Shown here: piece by piece, positions 49,701 through 64,000 of the stretch
Layout: every line of letters begins with the position of its first letter
Position numbering within the stretch: the first letter of the stretch is position 1
Assembly: GCF_022539665.2 (NCBI RefSeq)
Contig: NC_081332.1
Span: forward strand, 496,001 to 560,000
Origin: Daphnia carinata
Lineage: Eukaryota
DNA length: 64,000 nucleotides
Reading direction: 5' to 3'
Program-made: the position numbers and the translations under genes
The notes under the pieces: model-generated
Told to the model about the DNA's origin: nothing
Seen by the model: the letters and a program-made list of their open reading frames with translations, nothing else
Database searches by the model: none

Positions 49701-52700
49701 ATGTTTTTGTTTGTTTGTTTGTTTGTTTTTTCTTATAATTGAAATTTAATCTAAAGGTAAGTATTCAATATAAAGGCAGTGCTGAATACTTGCATCAAAA
49801 GCAGCATTTAAAGTTGACCAGCTCTTCAGTTATCTTTTTAATGTATCATCTAATATATCCAATAGTACAGGTCTTTAAAAAAGTGCTTGCAAATGAAAAT
49901 ACTGGGCCAATTGTGCTTTTTTCTACTCGCACAAGCCCCAATCTTTATCTTGAAATTAAAAGCTTATTTTCAGTCTTATTACTATTAAACTTCTAATGAT
50001 ATATTACCGATTTGCGCGTTGCACATAAATAAATTGGCTAGGAAATGGCAGTGCGCAGTAGGCTAGTCGTGGAATGGACAAACTGATACGCAACATGGCT
50101 ACGGTCGAATTTCTATTTGATGGGGTTGGCTGCGCTACACGCCTATTGCGCACGTTCGCGTGAAAAGAGCACGGAAAAAACTGACAGTCCGTGACTGACG
50201 TGCTTGAATGATGAGCCACGCAAAGGCGTAGTACATAACCATAGGACTTGGAATCGCTCGTTTTTTATTCCCTTTCTCGGCCTGCTAACATTTCGAGCCC
50301 CGCGTAGACTACATGATGATGATTACTGCACGTGGCAACCAAAAAACGGCTATTTTCCCTGTGAACTTCACAAGGACAGTTTTGGATTTTGCTGCCTTTC
50401 ATACAAAGTAAAGAGCCAGCATGAGTTAGAACAACATCTTTTACACTTTTCAGCAGCAAAAATCTGTGACAGACGCCTCATCGCCTTCATACACTATTCT
50501 AAAAGAAATTCAGACAAAGCCCTAATTTTGATGGGCTATTTTCGCATGATAATATGAATGCCAATAACGAAAAATACGTAATTCAGAATGTTTAAGATTT
50601 ACTACTACTGGATTATAACATATCAAGATTGCCTTTAATGGATTGAAAAGAAGAAAAAAAGTAACTGAGTCAAACAGCTTGACGAACAATTATCAAATTT
50701 ATCAGGCTATTCACTTCAGGAGTAATTCAGATAGGCCTGTAGTCAACCAGCGAGGATGCACAACTTGCTTTGCTGAATTTCTCAGACTGAGTAGTTGACG
50801 AGAAATTCGTTAGCATCACAAACCCCATTCGGCAGCACCTTCCCATACGGAGGGCTGTCACGCTGGGTTTGATCGAGAGTGTTGTTTACCCATAAGCTAG
50901 GACTCGAGTGTACATTTTCTATCCATCCTCATTACATCAAGAATGCAGCAGAGCACACTGTATAGCGTAGATGGCTAACATGGCAGCATATAAACCAACA
51001 TTCTGTTTTTGGAAGCCTAATCACGAAGGACATTCATAAACACTAGTCACCTAATGTTAAGGCAATTAAATAGCTGTTATTATCATTATCCAAATGTTTA
51101 CCGTCGCAACTGTAGGGCAGGGCATTGAAAAAGTTTTTCCACTTCTTGTAATAAAGTTAATGAAAACGGTGGTCTATGAAGTAAATTATTTCATTTTTGT
51201 GGGCTTTACAGCATCTATATATCCACAATTTGAACTCGTCCCCCTCGTTTCCCTTATACGACGTGGCAGTGTTAGGAAATAAGCCCAAACGTTACTAGCC
51301 TGATCCATAAAAATTTGTTTGAGAAATAAAAGAATATCAGTGGGGCCTTTTGTTCGTATGAACACCGATTCCCTTCATTGTGGGCCATCAGTTGGCAAAA
51401 TAGAAATGTATCAAACGGGCTCAAAGAGTACGTTGTGGAAGGTATCGCTTTGTCATAAATCATCAATTATCGGTGTACTTTCGAAGCATTAAAAAAAGGC
51501 CGTAGATTTTTATAGCGACAGTTGATCTAGTATACGGCACTGCATTTATTCTCGGGCGTAGAACTCATTTGCATTTACCAACTCTGTTATTATTCTAATT
51601 GCTAGGTGGTGCGTCTTGTCCTGTTTTTGTGCTCGACTGCTGTTCGCAAGTGTTGAAACATGGGTATTTTCGTCTTGTTTAAGCATATACCCCGTCTGAC
51701 AGGAGAACTTGCTATAGCTACCGCAATGTATTTGAGAAAACCACTTTGCATCATCAGTAGAGGCTGACCACGAATATTTGGACCAATAGGCGATGTTCTC
51801 CTCCTTGTATTTCTTTTTTCATTCCTATTCCTTCTTTCTCTTTCTCTTTCCTTTTTTTTTCTTTTGTACTCGTGTGTCTGCCTGCTTGGTGCTTTCTGTT
51901 CGTTTCGGAAATTCTTTATGCATATAAATTTCCTTCTAGTCCCGAAATTTACATACCTATCTTCAGACCCGCATAGCAGCAGTAGCTTCGTGTGTGTGTG
52001 TGTGTATGTGTGTGTGTACTTCTGGCATAAAAGTGTGGAGCTACGAAAAAGAGAGGGAGGGGAAAAGGGGACGTCCAATCCATCTTTCCTTATCGCTGGG
52101 CGCACTTGCAGCATAAGGGGATGACGAAAGACGAAGGTCTATGGAGGGAAAGCCACGAGAGGAAAACGAATCTCTTCTACATTTTCTACTTTTTTTATGT
52201 TTCCTCTCTTGCCGCCTTCGCTCTCTGGTTGGCTGGTTTGTCGTATAGGGGTACCAATCCAACGGAATGGATGCTTCAGTTTCTGAAAGGCTCCTATCTT
52301 TTTTTCTTCTTCCTTTCCTCATTTTGTTTTTTTTTTTTTTTTTTTTTTTTTGGGGGGGGGGGGGGTTGTTGTTGTCAGTTTGAAATGGAAAGGTACGAAA
52401 GAGAGCATAGAATAACAGTAACGAAAAAAAAACTAATCAAGCTTTTCCCCCAGTTCATCGTCGAATGATGACTGATCGGTACAGCCACGGAGTAGTCGAG
52501 TAATAGAAGTTAGGGTTGGCCACATACCTCCTACCCCGTAATTAAAGGGTGGCAAAAGAGGTTGAAATACATTTGAAAGTGGGTTGATGCCCTCCCTCTT
52601 TGGCAATAATGCCTATGTAAACAAGATGCCTACAACACCCCTCCGTTTAAGTACAAATCTCAAAGTACGTAGGTTCGCAATGTTATTGTTTACGAAATTT

Positions 52701-55700
52701 CATATTTCCCTCGCATTTTTTATGAATTTTGTTTTTTCAAACAGTTTTTCTGAGCCACTCGATGCTGAATTCTTCCCAACCCAAGAGTCAATATCAATTT
52801 ACAAGCCAAAAATCCCATCTTTGTTTTGATGACGATTAGCCACAATGTAAGCGAATGCTCATATTAAGTCGATTAGTTATTAAAAAATTAAAGAAAACGA
52901 AACGTTTGGAATCCAGAGCTGGTGGATCCAGACACGTCAGGAAAGCGTTTGTGTGTATGCACTTGTGTGATGTACGAGTCGGGTGAGGCGGCTTGTGTAG
53001 TTTGATACAGCTAATGACAACAATTGCGCTTTTTCACACGGAGTCCATGTCTGAGCCCACAAAACCCCACAAAAGATGAGGACAACAGACAAACAAACAT
53101 ACAATCATACCTGAATATCCATTCTCACTCTTTTTCTCTCTTGCGTCCGCTCATGGGGTGTGTGTATGTGTTGCATACATCTATTTGGATAGGAGTAATA
53201 CACATTGGGCGAAACTATGGGAGAATAAAAAGAGGAACCATGTGTAATATTTCCCGCCCTCCTACTGTTCTACAGCTTAACCTGACTGTAAAAAAGGAAA
53301 AATATTCATGTCCCAGCCGACTGAGGTGGAAAGCGAGGTGGAAAAATGAAAGGAGTATATTATACGTATATCTGGCTGCACTTAAAAATAGCCCGTCTCT
53401 CTGTCGTGGTATATATAGGCTACCCACCTCTGCAACTGTCTATTCAAATGTTTCTTTTCATTTTGTTTCCCGCTTAGGCTACCCAATGCCTCTTCTCAAA
53501 CTTGCAGACGCTATACAATAATACTGATGCGCACGTTGTGTACATCAAGATGCGTAAATATGGTTTTTTTTCTTGGAGGTGGTACAAGCTACTGATTCGC
53601 TCCACGTAACACTATTGTAAAAATAAAGTTCTGTTTAATCAACGCCTACAATTGGTGGTTTTTTTTATCTTGTTTTTTTTTTCGTAATAAAATATCCAAT
53701 AAATTTTCTAATAAATTAAACTTTAAAACCATTTATCAAAGTTTCGAGTTCACTTTAATAAGCCCAACTTGAGCTAGATTACAATCCTAGTGTGAATCGT
53801 CCGCCTTAAAGTTAACCATAAAGCAAATGTTGCATTGAAAAAATGGAACACGTGAGTCCTTGTTGTACATTTTTTTTAAAGAAGGGGCGTTCACCGTGCG
53901 AACTCAAGACACCCCACTGCGTTTTTTATAGCCTCCTTACGTACACGCACAGTGATATGTATCTTGACAGTGCGCACACGAGTTTATGCCAAGCGACACT
54001 GAACAGTTTCATTAAATGTATTACAGCTAATGGCGTTAATAAGGTATGAATTTCGTTCGTTTCCACACGTGCAACTTTGTTCGAATTAAACGCATTTTTA
54101 ATGTTTCGTTTAGCAGCATGACACAACTGAAAATGTGGTTCCTTGTGGTATTTCCCACTAGTAATTGGTAACTAATACACTCACTGATGTTATTACAAGT
54201 TTAGTTTATTAATACGTTTAGCTTTTACGGAATGTGTTCACTAAACAAATATTTACATGCAATTCTATATGACCGCGTGATTTGTCCTCACCTTGCAATG
54301 GTCTTTCAGCCGTCCTTCCGCTTACATATTCGACATCCACATCATGGCTCCCCGCAGCGAGATCTATTATTATATGTTTCAAATGTATTTAATGTGAAGT
54401 AGAAGCATAACACATGATTCCGTTGATCCTATCGTTTCTCCAAAGGAACACGTTCTTTAAAGACATTTTCTAGAAAATCCCCTAGAATCTAATACGCTTT
54501 ATTTGTACGCAACTTTTACTGTGCCATAGGTGAATGCGAAGGACCTGCATACAGCGTAGGTACAACATGCAAAGCAACTGCCTTTTGGCTAACATTTAGG
54601 CAATCGAAACACAGATCTGAGGTTATAATGTACAGCGACATAACTAGGGTAACAGAACACTGGTGTACTATTAGATAAGATGCTGCCCCCTCGAATCGCT
54701 TGGTAAATATCGGCGACATACATACACGGATTTGATTGTAATGCATGTATGTTCAACTTTCATTGTGAGCTATCATCGTAACTCGGTCCAAGAGAAGAGT
54801 CAAATGAAAAAAAAAGAGCGAGCCCAAAAACAAGGAGTGGGGGAAATGAGAAATACAAAAAAAAAAAGTCGAGGGGAAGTAAAAAGAGAAAACCACATGT
54901 GCGTGCTCCTGCGCAGAGGAGAATGAAAAGACAGGAGGGATATAAAAAGACACGATGGGCCTACTGGGGCTCTTGCCCGGGATAGCAAGTTTGTGATCGG
55001 CTCAACGTCGTAAATCCTTGGGGCTTCCAATCCTTCCATTTCGCTTGATATCACCCCAGAGACAAAGCGCGAGCGGGAGAAACAGTGGCCTGTCGCTTTT
55101 GTTGGTTTTTTTTTTTTTCTTTTTTTTTTGTTTTGTTTTCCTTTCTCCTCCCGAAATATAAATCCCGACACAAGCATTATACAGAGCTCTGTATACCCCC
55201 TCTTGCTGGCCTATACACGCACTGCCACAGTATATGTGCAGGCTACATGTATAGACCATTGAGACTTTTGCTAGTCCTCCATTCCTCGTTACTACACTCT
55301 TCATGTTCATATAGTGCGTCGCTGACACCGCCGTATGGCCCTAAAGTCTGCGGCAAGGAAGAAACAAAAAGACTATTTGTATACGTATATATAGTCATTG
55401 GAGACGCGCGAGATCAATGGCTAGCAGACCAAGTGTTGAGGAGGGACTGATCACTCTAGGCAACTTGTCACAGTCTAAAATTCCTTCTCACATGGCTGGG
55501 AAACGATATAGGCCATTCTGCTTATTCTTTCCGGTGTATGCGGTGCATATACATGCAGAGCTGACGCTTTATAGCTACGCACTAGGTATGTGAAATGCAA
55601 GAGGAGGCTGGCTCATGTTCACTGTTGTTTTTTTGGTTTAAAAACATACTATACACCTTAGGCGGTTGAAATTGGATTCGATCGGGAATCGCTGACGTGA

Positions 55701-58342
55701 CTCACGTGGACGCCGTCAAGCATCGATCTATAGGAAATGGATAAGATTCTTATGTTATTCATAGTATTCACGATGCGTATAGTCTCTGTATATGCGGCAG
55801 AGCTTGTCTACATAGCATCGACTCGTCGGCTTCTAATCAAATAATTTAGCGATCAAATAAATCAACCCGAAATTCATCTGCTTTTATACATCTATTCTCC
55901 TATTACCTTGTTTATAAATATAAAGCGGGCCAGAGAACCTGAGTGGGAGAACGCTATACAGACTCGCTAGGGCTGCGAGAAAGAACGAAAAAACTCGGAG
56001 AATTCTCACGCCGTTTCTCACCACACGAAATCGCTGGTCGGTTCTATCTATCTACGGAACGAATCGAGATTCAACGCATTCGAAAAACTACCTAAAAGGT
56101 CAACTTTTAAAAGTTGTGTGTGTTTTGAAGCTGATGGGAACACAACCGAGATCACCTGCTGAGGGAGTTTTGCCGCGCCGCGGTATCGAAGCGCGCCGCT
56201 GGTAATGTACACGACATTTTACCCCCGACTGCGAAATAGTTTTGGGAGCTCTCAAGTATTTAAAAAAAAAAAAGAAAGGCTTAAACAACAGCTCGATACT
56301 CCAAACAAGTCCGGACTGGGGAGCAGGCTATATCAATTTGTTAAGTCGAACATAGAATCCTCTATAACTGCAGGAGAGATCTTTTCTTTTTTGTAGGCTC
56401 TAAATTTCCAAGCGTTCATTGTAAAATCCGTCGAATACGCCCTATAGAAGTACAATAAAGCCAACAAAATACATCAAATTCGTTTCATGGCATTCCACAA
56501 CCAATAACCACCAAGAAAGATCGTTCCCAATAAGCGTGTGGCTATACAGTGCTCTGTGTTGTACTAACTGAAGGATAAAAGAAAGCCTTGAATCATCTTA
56601 GCATTCGTGAAAACAAACTCCATCTTTAAGTTAAGTTTAGTCTCAACAAATTATTTGGCAAAATATTTCATTGGATTCGGTTCAAGTAACATCGTATACG
56701 AAAGCGTATTAACGACGGTCGTTTATTTCATTTTTGAAAACCTATTGAGAAATCATGCGAACATTTCGAGGGAAGATGCGTATACGGGACTTTTCATTAA
56801 TAATGTTTAAAACTTAAAGTAGAACGAAACATGCTCTTGTCGTTTTCGAATGTGTCGTGTTTGATTATTCAGGCGAACGACCTATAAGCCCTTCCTGGCC
56901 GACGAGAAGGAAGCAATGGCTGACGTTAGCGGAAATGAGAAGATCAACAGATTTCGGGGCCTGTTATACATGGGGGGACCGTCGCTCACGCGTCACTCTC
57001 ATCTGTTGGCTTCCTTTTTCATCCACAACTTCTCCTTGCGCGAAAGCTGTCTAGCTGTCTATATTACTTCACGTTTTGGATTCACAACAGCGAGTGGTAA
57101 CTATTTGCACTTAGATTATGGACGATAAATGAATGGTATTGGCGCGAGCATGTTACCTAAATAACGCCGATCGTTTCGCTAAGTCACTTGTTTGTTTCTT
57201 TTCTCATGACAGTTGGAAGGCTTTATTCTCAGCTACTTTCGAAATTTGATAAACATCCCAATTGGGAATGTAATTTTTAAAAAAATATACAGTATATATA
57301 TACAAATTGCCACAACTGTGGTTTCAGAACGGGGTAAGCAGCGATAGTTTTCAGGGACCAAAATATGCAAATGCATAAGGCTCGTTTGACGTCAAACGGC
57401 AAGAGAGAAAAAAAAAGATCAAAAGAAAGAGTAATCGCATGAAAGGAAACAAAAGGGCGCAAGTAGGCGCAGGCTGAAAACTGTATGGGTGAACCTTGGA
57501 TAGAAGTCAAATCATTCGAAGATGAGTTTCTTTTGCTTTTTGTGCCCCATCTTTTTAACGTTTCCCCACGTCGATTTACATTTTCTAGAGGCCAGGGCCT
57601 GCCACTAGATATCCTAGGACGGGCAGAGAGCAAAATTCGATTTAGTGTTGCCCTTGTATCCGTGGAACAAATAATGGAACGAAGGCTACTGTAGCAATTG
57701 GAGAGCAACACATCCATCATACGTTCTCGACCAGTTTTTCCAACAGAACACGCGGTAGACTTGGATAGACCATCGAAATGGGAGGTGGGTTCATCAACAG
57801 GCAGTTTTGTGCTTGATCTGCTAGCAGGCCTCGCATAACGAATGCAAGTTGAAAGTCAGTAGTGATTGACGGCCCATCGAATAGATTCCTCAACAGTCTG
57901 TATTTCTTACCTCACTATCACATAAAAGTCCACCAGTCTTAAGTGCCAGTGCGGCTAGAGTTTCAAATTCAGCCCCCATTGTGTCCGCTGGTACCTGAAA
58001 CTCTTCAGCAAGTTTTTCAATCTCATAGTGGCCAGGCTCGTTTCACGGTTCCAAACTGTACGATTTATTTTATTTACTATGATTTTTTTTTTGTAAAGGT
58101 AAAGCACGTGTATAATGTTCCGGGTGATTTTCCAGTTGACAGAAACCATCAGCTGTTGCTGTCATCTGACAACCCACTCCCTCTCTCGTCCCGAAACCTT
58201 TCGGAAGAAGCAACGTGTGCATGTGACAAGTCCGAGATTCCCCAAGGAGAAGCTTATTTATAGGTAGCATGAATCAAGAATGAATCACACAGGCTATGGA
58301 AGTTTTGCACGTTTCGCTTTTCTTCCTATGATTCCTTATTTA

Positions 58343-58414
58343 AGAAAAAAAAAGAAAGAAAGAAAGAAAGAAGGAAAGAAAGAAAGAAGGGAAAAAAAGA
58401 AAGGAAGGAAGAAA
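58343..58414 (+). repeat. (GAAA)n-type purine microsatellite
   Basis: Directly visible. Confidence 0.85.
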
Positions 58415-60237
58415 TGAATTGATTTTGATGAAATCACAATCGTGTCTGAACATGGAAATTAGTGCTGTTTAGCGTACACACAGATTTTCTGTGTCAAAGA
58501 AATAAGGTTCTACTCGCTTCTACTCGACTGTATAAGAAAATAAGTTACTCTTTATAACACATGTAGACATGTAGACAATCTACCTTGTATCTTGTCTAGT
58601 CTCTTTTTCCCAGTGCCCCTTACCTTGTCTTTTTTTTCCCTTTTTTTTTCCTTTTTCTGTTTGATATACGCTAGTCATTTGAAACGCATCATGCATTTAG
58701 ATTGGCTCATTAGTACCATCTCTTGCGATGCTGCACGGTACTGTAAGGTGATGCAACTACGGTACAACGGTGAGGCCTAACACAAAAGGAAAAGAAATAA
58801 ACAGAAGCCTAAGATTTTTTTTTTCTTCTTGGATATTTTTTAAATCTTTATGTTTTTGGTTTTTCATGCCTACAACACATTGAGTTTCATGTTCTTAACA
58901 AATATACTGACCCTACACCGCGCTAGTCAGATCTTTATGAGATCTGGTTGCTTAACAGAAAGAATTCACCAACAGTCTCGTTTTATTACGTATGCTGTGT
59001 TCGTTTTGCATCTTTTGATTGTTTAGCTGTTGTTCACGTAATCCGTGAAAGAGCAAAAGAAAAAACCGGGAAAAAACCATGGTTTTTTTATATATATATA
59101 TATATTTTTTACCAATCCACCATGGCGAAACAACAGGGGAAGCGACTTCCGGCTGTCATTGATTTTTGCCCAAGCTCGGAGTTTTGCAATGGTAAGAGTA
59201 GCTAATATGGCCAATACCGAACCCGATGAAGTAACCATACAACAACATAAGGCAAACTTAGATGGTTGACTCCAAAATCAATAGCTCATCGAGCAGCATC
59301 TGCACAAGGGGAGGTGCAGTAGTTAATACACCTGTGCGTTTGTTCAACACGCCACGAACAGATTAAGCGAATAAAGGTTAATTCCCCTGACTTAAAATTC
59401 GAAAAAACAAAGAGCACAAATACTTTATAAATTTCGTCATTCTCTTTTAAGATCAACCCCAAACAAACAAACATAATATGATATAAAATTTAAAATATAC
59501 AGTATAAATAAAAAGGAAAGTAAGTTACTGCACTCCCGTTGCACCGATAGGTTCGCACAATTTACACACGGGGGCGTCAATGTGTTTACTTGTTTGCCAT
59601 GGCATTGAGCAGCCCTGGAGGTCACGTGCTACCAACTCGATGTCTAAATAAGAAAATGGTTGGTGACAAAGGATGAATTTTCAGCAAGTCACCATGCTTT
59701 TGTCGCCGTGTTAACCCGGAACGACTGACGCCTCAAAGATTTCCCTTTCCGTACATAGTCCTGTCTTGACATGACCTGTCTCTGTGCGTGTAGTATGCAT
59801 GAATATATCTAAATCCCTTCTTTTGCCTCTCCCCTCTCTTCTCGCTATCGCGGTAGTCTCGTTCAATTTCCCCGCCTGCAAGTGAAGGGTGCGATCTAAT
59901 GCCGAGCGGAAATTTTCTGGCCGTGACAGCGTCTACGCTCCACTCGCTAGGCGTCATTCTCTTCCTCTACTACCAGTGTTGATCGCTTTCTTTTTTTTTC
60001 CTTCCTATTTTTCTCTGCTAAATAAGGGTACCTCAAAATCAAGGATCTCTTTAAAAGTAAAAAACGATCAAATGGCACAAAAAAAAAACTCAGTGCAACT
60101 CCAAGAATAAAATGACTACCTAACTAAATAACAATAAGGACTAAATAAAGTTATTGACTGTTAAATCCACGTGTAGGAAAGTCATAGCAGCGCGCGCTAT
60201 ACATTAACAGACATCATATAACAGCTTAAGCCGGGGA

Positions 60238-60542
60238 AGGGTGTAAAATTCGAAAAGCTTGCAAAATGAATCACACCCCCCACCCCAAGAAAGAATCGCA
60301 AATTTAAAAAAAAATCCGGCTTGGAATGTAAGAAATGACATATTTTGGCTGGACAATCATGATTTTTCCGTCCAAAAATAGCAAAAGAATGACTTTTGCA
60401 GAAGAATCATGACTGATCATGTCAGAATCATGACTGAAAATCAGTCGATCTAATTCGCATTCGCAAGCAGTCATGACTGATTCGAGAATCAGTCATGATT
60501 CTCGAATCCCGCGCACTTCGCCAAAAGAGCCTTATACACCCT
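60238..60542. repeat. Degenerate MITE-like element with AATCATGACTGA repeats and a hairpin
   Basis: agggtgta / tacaccct ends; multiple (aa)tcatgactga motifs; 13-bp perfect stem at 60479-60508. Confidence 0.45.
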
Positions 60543-61549
60543 CTGACGTCAGCGGCAACACGACTTTGCAAAATCAAAGTTTACATATTTGTAGGTTTGA
60601 AAAAAAGTTGAATGAATGCAAGTTAGTTAAGAAGCGTAGATGAAGAGAAGTGAAAAACCATGAAAGCGAGGAAACCATAACAAAACAAACGCGCATGACA
60701 AATAAAGTCCGTGAGCAAATACGAAAGTAATTACCAAGAGGTAATTGTAATTTGTGTATTTTCGGTAGCAACAATTTCACAGGTGAAGATGAACGAGCTT
60801 CTCACGCATTGGTTTTCAAGACAAATTCAGATAGTGCAGGTCGACGCATCCTGAATAATTTATCACCATCTTCAAATATTTTCGTAAATACTTTTCGGCC
60901 ACGTTTGGGATATCGTGGACGTTAGTTTCCCAAAAAAGGGTTTCCATTTAATAATCCACTCGAGTAAAACAGTCAACTTCAAGCCTCAGCAATTTTGATC
61001 CCCGTCTGGTAACTTTGTGAAAGGCCTTGAGAGCTATAGTCGGCGAAGACATACATGAAAGAGTGTTCGACAATTCACCTTTTCGAAGCAGGTATAGGTG
61101 TGAAGACGTCTCGTTGGTACCGAACAGGAATAAAAGAATGGGGGGAAGAAATGCCATTGCACACAATATTCTTTGATACTTTCGACTTCGTGTGGAAAGA
61201 ATATAAAGGGAAGGGAGAAAAACAACAACAACAAAAAACAAAAAACAGAAAAAAAACAAAAAAAAAAAAACAAAAAACGAAACAGAATCGATGAGAGAAA
61301 ACAACAAGAGAGATAGTGGCCTGCGATGGTGGAGAGCGGGAAACAAAGAGGAAGAGGAGGTGGAGTAGAGGGAAGAATGCGGCCTAGTCACGCAAAGGGG
61401 AGGGTACCGACTGACGTTTCCATTTGGAAAGAGCGTGATTGGTGACTCCCTCGGGATAAATGCAGCTCAGACATTGAACAGAACAGAAGAGTCTATGCCG
61501 AGAGACATGCCGGAACACGTTCATAGTTACGCGCACACATAACATTGGT

Positions 61550-61620
61550 GCAGACACACAAACAAACACATACACTCACAGATACACACACATACACATA
61601 TACACACACACATACAGACA
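61550..61620 (+). repeat. (CA)n-rich microsatellite
   Basis: Directly visible; further (TG)n tracts near 49500, 51990 and 63421. Confidence 0.8.
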
Positions 61621-64000
61621 TGGGGTGAAGCGAAACAAAAATTAAAAGAAAAAATAAAGAAAAAAAAAGAGAAAATGAAAAGCTGGCATATACGACCCAA
61701 ACATAGCGACCATGCCAGTTAGTGATGGCAAAACTCGACAGAAAATATGCATTAGACCAAGTGCTTACCACGTGTGACCTTCCGTCCGAATATCTGTTCC
61801 TGTCGCAGTCTTAATTTTTTTTTTTTTTTAGAAGGATAGGGAGCCCACAAGGTTCTCGGATGTGTAAGTTTCAAGAGCGTCGAGGAAACAAAAAAATACG
61901 AAGAATGTCACGACGCCACGAATGCCAAGCAAAGAACAAACTAATTTACGAGTTCACCACTTGTTAAACCAATCACGAAAATACTCCGCATTTTTTTAGG
62001 TTGTTGTCGACGAATTTTTTAAAGAGAAATCAGACTGGAGCCATCAGGTTAAATTTCCAAATTGTACAAAGAACAATCTTATTTTCAACAATACCCCAAT
62101 CGTTATCGTCGATACTTTTAAAGTATTAATACCATTAAAGTCGATACGTCTAAGTTTTAAGATGAGCATGCCCATTTAACCAACGTTATTCGTCAATCAA
62201 TACCGGACGTAAGGCCATGGATCTCCCATTTGTTGCTGGCGCTCTGCGCCTTGTTAGCGAGATCGCGTCGCCAGTTGTGGTAAAGAGATTCGTTAACATG
62301 TACTTTATAAGGATTACAATTGGTTAACATCACCTCGTTCATCTAGAGAATTCCCAGAAATGTTGGTTATTTTAAAGCGATTATGGAAACTATAGTTGAC
62401 ATCGTTGGATGCTCCAAAAAAGAGTTAAGGCAACTAGTTTTTAAAGGCCTTGACCAGGAAACAAGAAATAATAATAAAAATGAGAAAAAAAAGATAGACT
62501 ATGTTGCTTGTTATGAAAGCTTTTAGTCGAAAAATAATTTGATGGGTGAGAAACTTGCGAGAAGTTATCTCGGGAAACGTCAGACATCAGCGTAAGCTTC
62601 GAAAGTTTGATACAGGAACATGAATGCGTTCTAAACCCGTCACTTTGTTTTGAGACATACTTGTTTGTTTTGCAAACGATTCGTCCTTTTTTGAAAACTT
62701 ATCGTCTTTCTCGTCAAATTTTAATGGCCGGTCGTGTTAAGGCTCATACATCTCGGTCTCTTAACAAAGGCTATCAACAAAGATCTTCGTATTTATATCA
62801 CATTACCCTATCCTAAACGTACACCTTTGCTCGAAATGAAATCGTTTGCAGATCTCGCGTATTGAAACGTATAGATGAGCTAAATCGTACATCAAATAAG
62901 CATTGTTTGTTAACTGTAGTAGTCAGGGGTAAGTCAGCCATAAACGGGAAAATGACCACCGTTGTTTCCTCAATTTCCGTATTCTCTGCGCGTCATATTG
63001 ACAACGTCAAATAGTATATACAAGCAGGAGAAACATTTACTATAGGTAACTTACGTTAGGTACCAATCCCTTCTTAACTTCCCTTGCAATAGAAGCGGTT
63101 CCTTCGTTAATCTTTCGTACGAAGAAAGATTGACAAAATATTAGTGTACGTCTACGCCCCAACAAAAGCGTTGCATAAGAATAGACGTTATAGAAGCTAC
63201 CAGATTATTATTTTTCGTCGTCTAATCTTCTTTCTTTACCTACGCTCTTTTCTTTTCACTCGCCCTCGTGTCTCGCTTGCCCTGCTGCCTCCTCCCTCTT
63301 AACCTTTCTTTTTGATTTCTTTTTTTCTGTTTTTTTTCTTTCTTTTATGCATTTTTTTAAGCACACAGTTGTGCCAGTCAATATTTGGCAAAGAGTGTTG
63401 TCATGACGACGTCTTTTTTTTGTGTGTGTGTGTGTGTTATTGTTGTTGAAGAAGAACAGTATTGTACATCGTAAAAAGTCGGATGAAGATGACTCGTTCG
63501 AGAGCGAACGAAGAAACTGGTTGGTTGCCATAGCGATTACATTTCCTCTCCGACTTTTCAGTCCGTCTTCCTATTGGTCCTTATGGCCCAGCGAGGGTGT
63601 TAACCTGTCTCCGTATTTTGCCTGCTAATAGTTATTGTTGATCGAAAAAAAAAATCTACAACAATGCGATTCAAGTCCATTCGCAGCAAAACGAGAGAAA
63701 GAGAAAAAAAAAAAGAAGAATTAAAAAAAAAAAGAAGAAAAAAAAAAGGAAAAGAAAACGACGACGGGTGTGTATTCAAGCATAAAGCAAGGCGTATAAG
63801 CCCTCAGAGCACGGCGTATGCTATAGAAAGATTCCGTGTTGGATTGAGACACTTGTCACGTCGTTGGACGTTACCAAAGATAACACAGAAAGCAATCAGA
63901 CTAAAGCATTTCCTTTTTTTTTTGGCATTTCACAGTTTTCACCATCGAGCTCGATCTCTTTCACTCAAACAACCTTTAACATTGGCTTCAAAACATTAGA

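Noticed and set aside
47710..63999. Numerous 60-170 aa ORFs
   Set aside because: Low-complexity translations of microsatellites and A/T runs with no recognisable domains.
1..64000. CRISPR array or prokaryotic operon
   Set aside because: No regularly spaced repeats; content is eukaryotic transposons and non-coding DNA.

Overview
Eukaryotic (invertebrate, Daphnia-like by inference from element style and composition) genomic DNA. Positions 1-42 kb are a deeply nested pile of LTR retrotransposons: three copies of a Ty3/gypsy family 'A' carrying a class III (rhabdovirus-G/gB-like) env, two copies of a Ty3/gypsy family 'B' carrying an F-type env, gypsy elements 'C', 'D' and 'E', one BEL/Pao element, four solo LTRs, a pogo-like transposase relic and several MITEs. 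Almost all LTR elements lie on the minus strand. Positions 42-47 kb hold DNA-transposon/MITE relics, one containing a tRNA-like Pol III cassette. Positions 47-64 kb are AT-rich, microsatellite-rich non-coding sequence with no supportable protein gene. Main leads: (1) family B appears to encode Gag-Pol-Env as one reading frame, with an internal signal peptide fused to the integrase tail; (2) two unrelated fusogen types occur in nested gypsy families; (3) an intact orphan ORF with its own TATA box lies between pol and env in family A; (4) the strand-biased TE pile resembles a flamenco-like uni-strand piRNA cluster.
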